Source: the human T2T-CHM13v2.0 reference genome, Homo sapiens
Length of the DNA stretch: 64,000 nucleotides
Direction: 5' to 3' (one strand)
Assembly (NCBI RefSeq): GCF_009914755.1
Contig: NC_060945.1
Shown one piece after another: positions 61,673 through 64,000 of the stretch. The translations under genes and the position numbers were made by a program. The stretch's first letter is position 1. Every line of letters starts with the position of its first letter. The notes under the pieces are model-generated. The model worked only from the letters and a program-made list of their open reading frames with translations. It was not told the origin of the DNA and did no database searches.

Positions 61673-63084
61673 TCTGTCTGAGCTCAATGTAGTTCATAAC
61701 AACTTTATTTTTTTAGCCTAAGTTATTGCTGTAATTCTAAGTATTACTACGTGGTGACATTTCATGAGCCTAAGTTATTAAAATCAAACTTGTATTCTGT
61801 TGAAAAATAAGCAGACAATATTTGCATTTGATTCTACTGATGAAAAAATTTTAAAAGCCAACACAATAGAAAACTGGTTATTTTTTAAGAACGTGATTTT
61901 CCCAATTCTGGAACCATGTACTTTTAATAGAAAAGAACATTTTTCAAGTGCTTGTACGTAGTGGCAAGCAGTCGTCAAAAAACATGTTTAGAAAATTACT
62001 CTAATAAGGCAATAAATTATCAAATATTTATGACCTAGTAATCATATTTTACTAAATAGAAGCATGTAAAATTAGGCAAGCAAGCTTGAACTGAAGTCTT
62101 ATGACAAATCTCACTTAAGCTCCAAATATGGATTGAAATACAAACAAAGATGATGCAAACAGCTGTGCATGCTAATGAAAGCACTGCTTCAGTACAAGAG
62201 GATGGGTGCTAATTTGTCACGGAAGTAACTAGAAGATATCCGCAGTTGGCTAGCCTTTTTACTGAATTGCGTTAATTCTCTCAGGCTAGCCAATACATCT
62301 GTCATTCTAATTATACCTGACCCAATTCTCATCTCTCCATGATGAAAGATTGTTTATAAAATGCCACCTGAAGGAGATTTACTTGTAAAGTATTTAGACT
62401 AATCAGGACTCCCGTGACGGTGTTAGGGAACACTCACAAAAGGGTACCACTGTGGTTTTTCCTCAACCTTTGTTTCCTGTTTGTTATGGGAATAAACTTG
62501 CTCTTCACTGAGCTGCGTGGTTAGCGTGCAACAGGCTATTAACAAGAAGCTCAAAACTCGGGATATCATGTCCTGTATTGGAAAATAAGGGGAAGTGCTT
62601 TTTCTTACTGAATGAGAGACAGGAGTATGCTGGGAAACTGGCACTGTCTAGAAAAACAAACAAATAGAACACTCTTGAGTTACAGTGTATGCCAACTGCC
62701 ATGGTATAAATACTCCCACCATTGGTATTTCAAGCTACTAATGGCTATGGCTTACAAAATTCCTCTATACTGTAATAATTAGCTTTTACAGGCTAGCAGG
62801 AGTTGGCTACACTACCATGTTAATGACAGGAAATAGGGGCACAAGTGAACACATGTAGGGAGACTGTAAGAGTTTTTCGGTTTCCTTGGTCTTGAGGTGT
62901 GAATTTAAGGAAAGAAAAGCTCAGTAGGTAGATGTCTCAGGATTGCCTCATACTTGTTGGTATCTGTAATATACCAAGAACAATAACACCAAAGGTAAGA
63001 ATGGTTTTCCTTTTCAGTTTCTTACTTCCTGTCTCAATGCTGCAAATCTGCACCATATGGAAGGCAGGAGACGCTACTAGAGTC

Positions 63085-63220
63085 TACTACTCAAAATAGA
63101 TCCATGGACCAGCAGAGTCAACACCACCTGGGACTCAGGCCCCCCATACAGACTCAACAACGATTGTTTTCCAAGGGCCTTGGATAACTCGAATGGATAT
63201 CTCAGTTTGAGAAGCAGCAT
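63085..63220. mobile_element. MER5A-like fragment
   Basis: ctcaaaatagatccatggaccagcag...agtttgagaagca. Confidence 0.6.
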
Positions 63221-63563
63221 GATCAACCTTATCTTTTAAATGCAATAGATATGTCAAAACGTGAGACATAAGATTTAATCATTTTCCAAAAGAAGTAGTT
63301 AGGGAAGAATTAGTAAAAGTTGCATAGGTTTTGGCTTATTAAAAGAAGTACACATATATTTGGGAAAAGACAGATACAACAAAATTAGTAGTCTTAAGAT
63401 TCAAATATACAGCTCAACAACTTAATTTGAACAGATTGAACAGATTGTCTATACACATTTATTTTACTCTGAAGTTCTGTCCTATCTCAAGCAACATTAA
63501 AACAGCTTCGATACCTCTGCCTTAGATCCAGTACCAAGATCATAATTTTCTTACTCATATTAA

Positions 63564-64000
<437 letters not shown>

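Noticed and set aside
62410-62560. Small CpG cluster with GCGTG and TGTGGTT motifs
   Set aside because: Short motifs expected by chance; no other support from sequence alone

Overview
Human (or near-identical hominid) genomic DNA from the middle of the amyloid precursor protein gene APP, transcribed on the minus strand. The window holds the end of intron 6, exons 7 (Kunitz/KPI), 8 (OX-2-like) and 9-13 (E2/CAPPD domain), and the first 8.7 kb of intron 13. All seven exons have GT-AG boundaries and splice into an open frame. The Abeta-coding exons 16-17 lie outside the window. The introns carry about two dozen Alu elements or fragments, L1/L2/MIR fragments, several solo LTRs and DNA transposons, many with readable target-site duplications (TSDs). 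Almost all ORFs in the track are Alu/L1 or chance frames. Main observations: (1) an Alu-derived alternative last exon at the left edge (coding 72..11) that adds exactly 20 aa after exon 13, matching the anchorless APP563/exon 13a form as I recall it; (2) an Alu at the right edge whose flank suggests it is the terminal exon of the short APP305 isoform; (3) an interleaved A-B-A'-C-C'-B' inverted-repeat knot at 38684-38827; (4) inverted Alus bracketing the alternatively spliced KPI exon; (5) a sense-oriented solo LTR with a poly(A) signal in intron 11. I found no convincing novel gene system. Repeat subfamily names and isoform identities come from recall of consensus sequences and literature, not from a search.
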